A DNA stretch of 36,438 bases from Welwitschia mirabilis (lineage: Eukaryota): positions 48,614,853 through 48,651,290 of the forward strand of contig JBOZIK010000001.1 in assembly GCA_051453625.1 (NCBI GenBank), in the 5' to 3' direction. Below are positions 35,491 to 36,438 of this stretch, piece by piece. A model generated the notes under the pieces. That model saw nothing but the letters and a program-made list of their open reading frames with translations. It was not told where the DNA came from and made no database searches. How positions within the stretch are numbered: position 1 is the stretch's first letter; each line of letters starts with the position of its first letter. Position numbers and translations under genes: made by a program.

Positions 35491-36438
35491 ATGGCCAGTC
35501 TAGAAAAGAAATATTAAAGAGAAAGATTGTTGATAAAGAACATCAAAGAAGGACTAGTAGACTTTGAAATCAAATTGGATAAACAATCTCCAAGTGCATA
35601 TAATATTCCTTCTGATTTTATTTTTTATAAATTTGATCATGTAAAAGAAAATTTTATAGAAAATAATTTAGAAGAAGAAAATAATTTTACAATGTCTAGG
35701 ACTACACAAAAATAAAAGCAAGTCATAGGATCTTGAACACCTGGTCCTAATGCAAACCTTACCCTTAGAAAGTTAATAGCAAATAGAAAACAAGAAATTT
35801 AAACTCCTTTCTATGTACCCCTAGGAGATGATGTTGAGTTAAAAATCTAAATGTCTACCCTATCTTTAATGGTAAACATGAGTAGAATCCCCTCCAATAC
35901 ATTGTAGACATCAAACAATTAGTTCTTACCTCTGGGAACAGAAAGAAAAGGATTAGTGATCATACATACATGGTTATTTTTCCAATGACATTTAAAGGAA
36001 GAGAAAAACTTTGGTTAAAAACTATACTCCACAACTTGGAATCAAGTCTAGAAAGCCTTCATTAAAGTATTCATGAGTGAAGCAACCGTTAGAAAAAGAA
36101 AAAGGAAATAATAAATTTTCAATAACAATCAAATGAGGGTTATGCTTTCACATATGAATGGTTCTTTATAGAAACCCACTCTAATCCAGTAGATGTTTTT
36201 ACAAGAGAAGAACTAGTTTACTACTTTTATAGTAGGCTAAACCACCAAATAAAACAACTTGTATACTTCTCTAATGATGGAAACCTTATGAACTTTATAT
36301 TAGAGAATGCTTAGAAAACATTAAAGGAACTTGTGGAGGTGAGCCAAACTTGGCCAATATTAAAATATAACCACACTATAGGAGAAATCCTCAAAGATTT
36401 AAAAGAGGTTAAATAAGGAAAAAAGGTGGAAGACAACC
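35491..36438 (+). pseudogene. gag: Gag of element C (Retrotrans_gag domain), decayed
   Basis: PIFNGKHE*NPLQYIVDIKQLV; IFPMTFKGREKLWLKT; TWNQV*KAFIKVF; NFQ*QSNE; LVYYFYSRLNHQIKQLV...GNLMNF...A*KTLKELVEVSQTW. Confidence 0.85.

Larger units (their letters stand above)
33915..36438 (+). mobile_element. Athila-like element C (B-related family), 5' part; runs off the right window edge
   Basis: LTR homologous to LTR-B, PBS, T-rich leader and gag. Confidence 0.88.

Noticed and set aside
1-36438. Assigning the host species from low GC and heavy C-to-T decay
   Set aside because: Composition and TE lineages indicate a plant but cannot identify a taxon without a database search.

Overview
AT-rich eukaryotic (almost certainly plant) heterochromatin-like DNA, made up almost entirely of old, nested, decayed non-chromoviral Ty3/gypsy LTR retrotransposons. 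I found no intact host gene, RNA gene or CRISPR array. From left to right: (1) A Tat/Ogre-like element on the minus strand (1-~3590) with gag, protease, an intron-like spacer and the start of RT. (2) An Athila-like gag-PR-RT fragment on the minus strand (~3590-7900) with a tRNA-Asn-like PBS and a 5' LTR. (3) The 3' end of an Athila-like host element H on the minus strand (LTR ~7950-9137; 3' region 9138-9931 plus 26449-~27240). (4) Element A on the minus strand (9932-26448; ~1.2 kb LTRs; ATGTT TSD), inserted in H. (5) Non-autonomous element B on the plus strand (12328-19300; TGYGT TSD), inserted in A, with a ~0.6 kb inversion across its PPT and 3' LTR start. (6) An unexplained ~1.3 kb segment (27240-28530). 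(7) Athila-like element D on the plus strand (~28560-33914), interrupted by (8) element C on the plus strand (33915-end), a gag-bearing relative of B. The most striking signal is a fixed-geometry 38-bp four-half-site palindrome, GTCGTCC-N5-GTCGTC-N2-NACGAC-N5-GGACGAC, found 14 times and only in B and C. Six N-gaps interrupt the window. Coordinates were read by eye, and those marked ~ are approximate.
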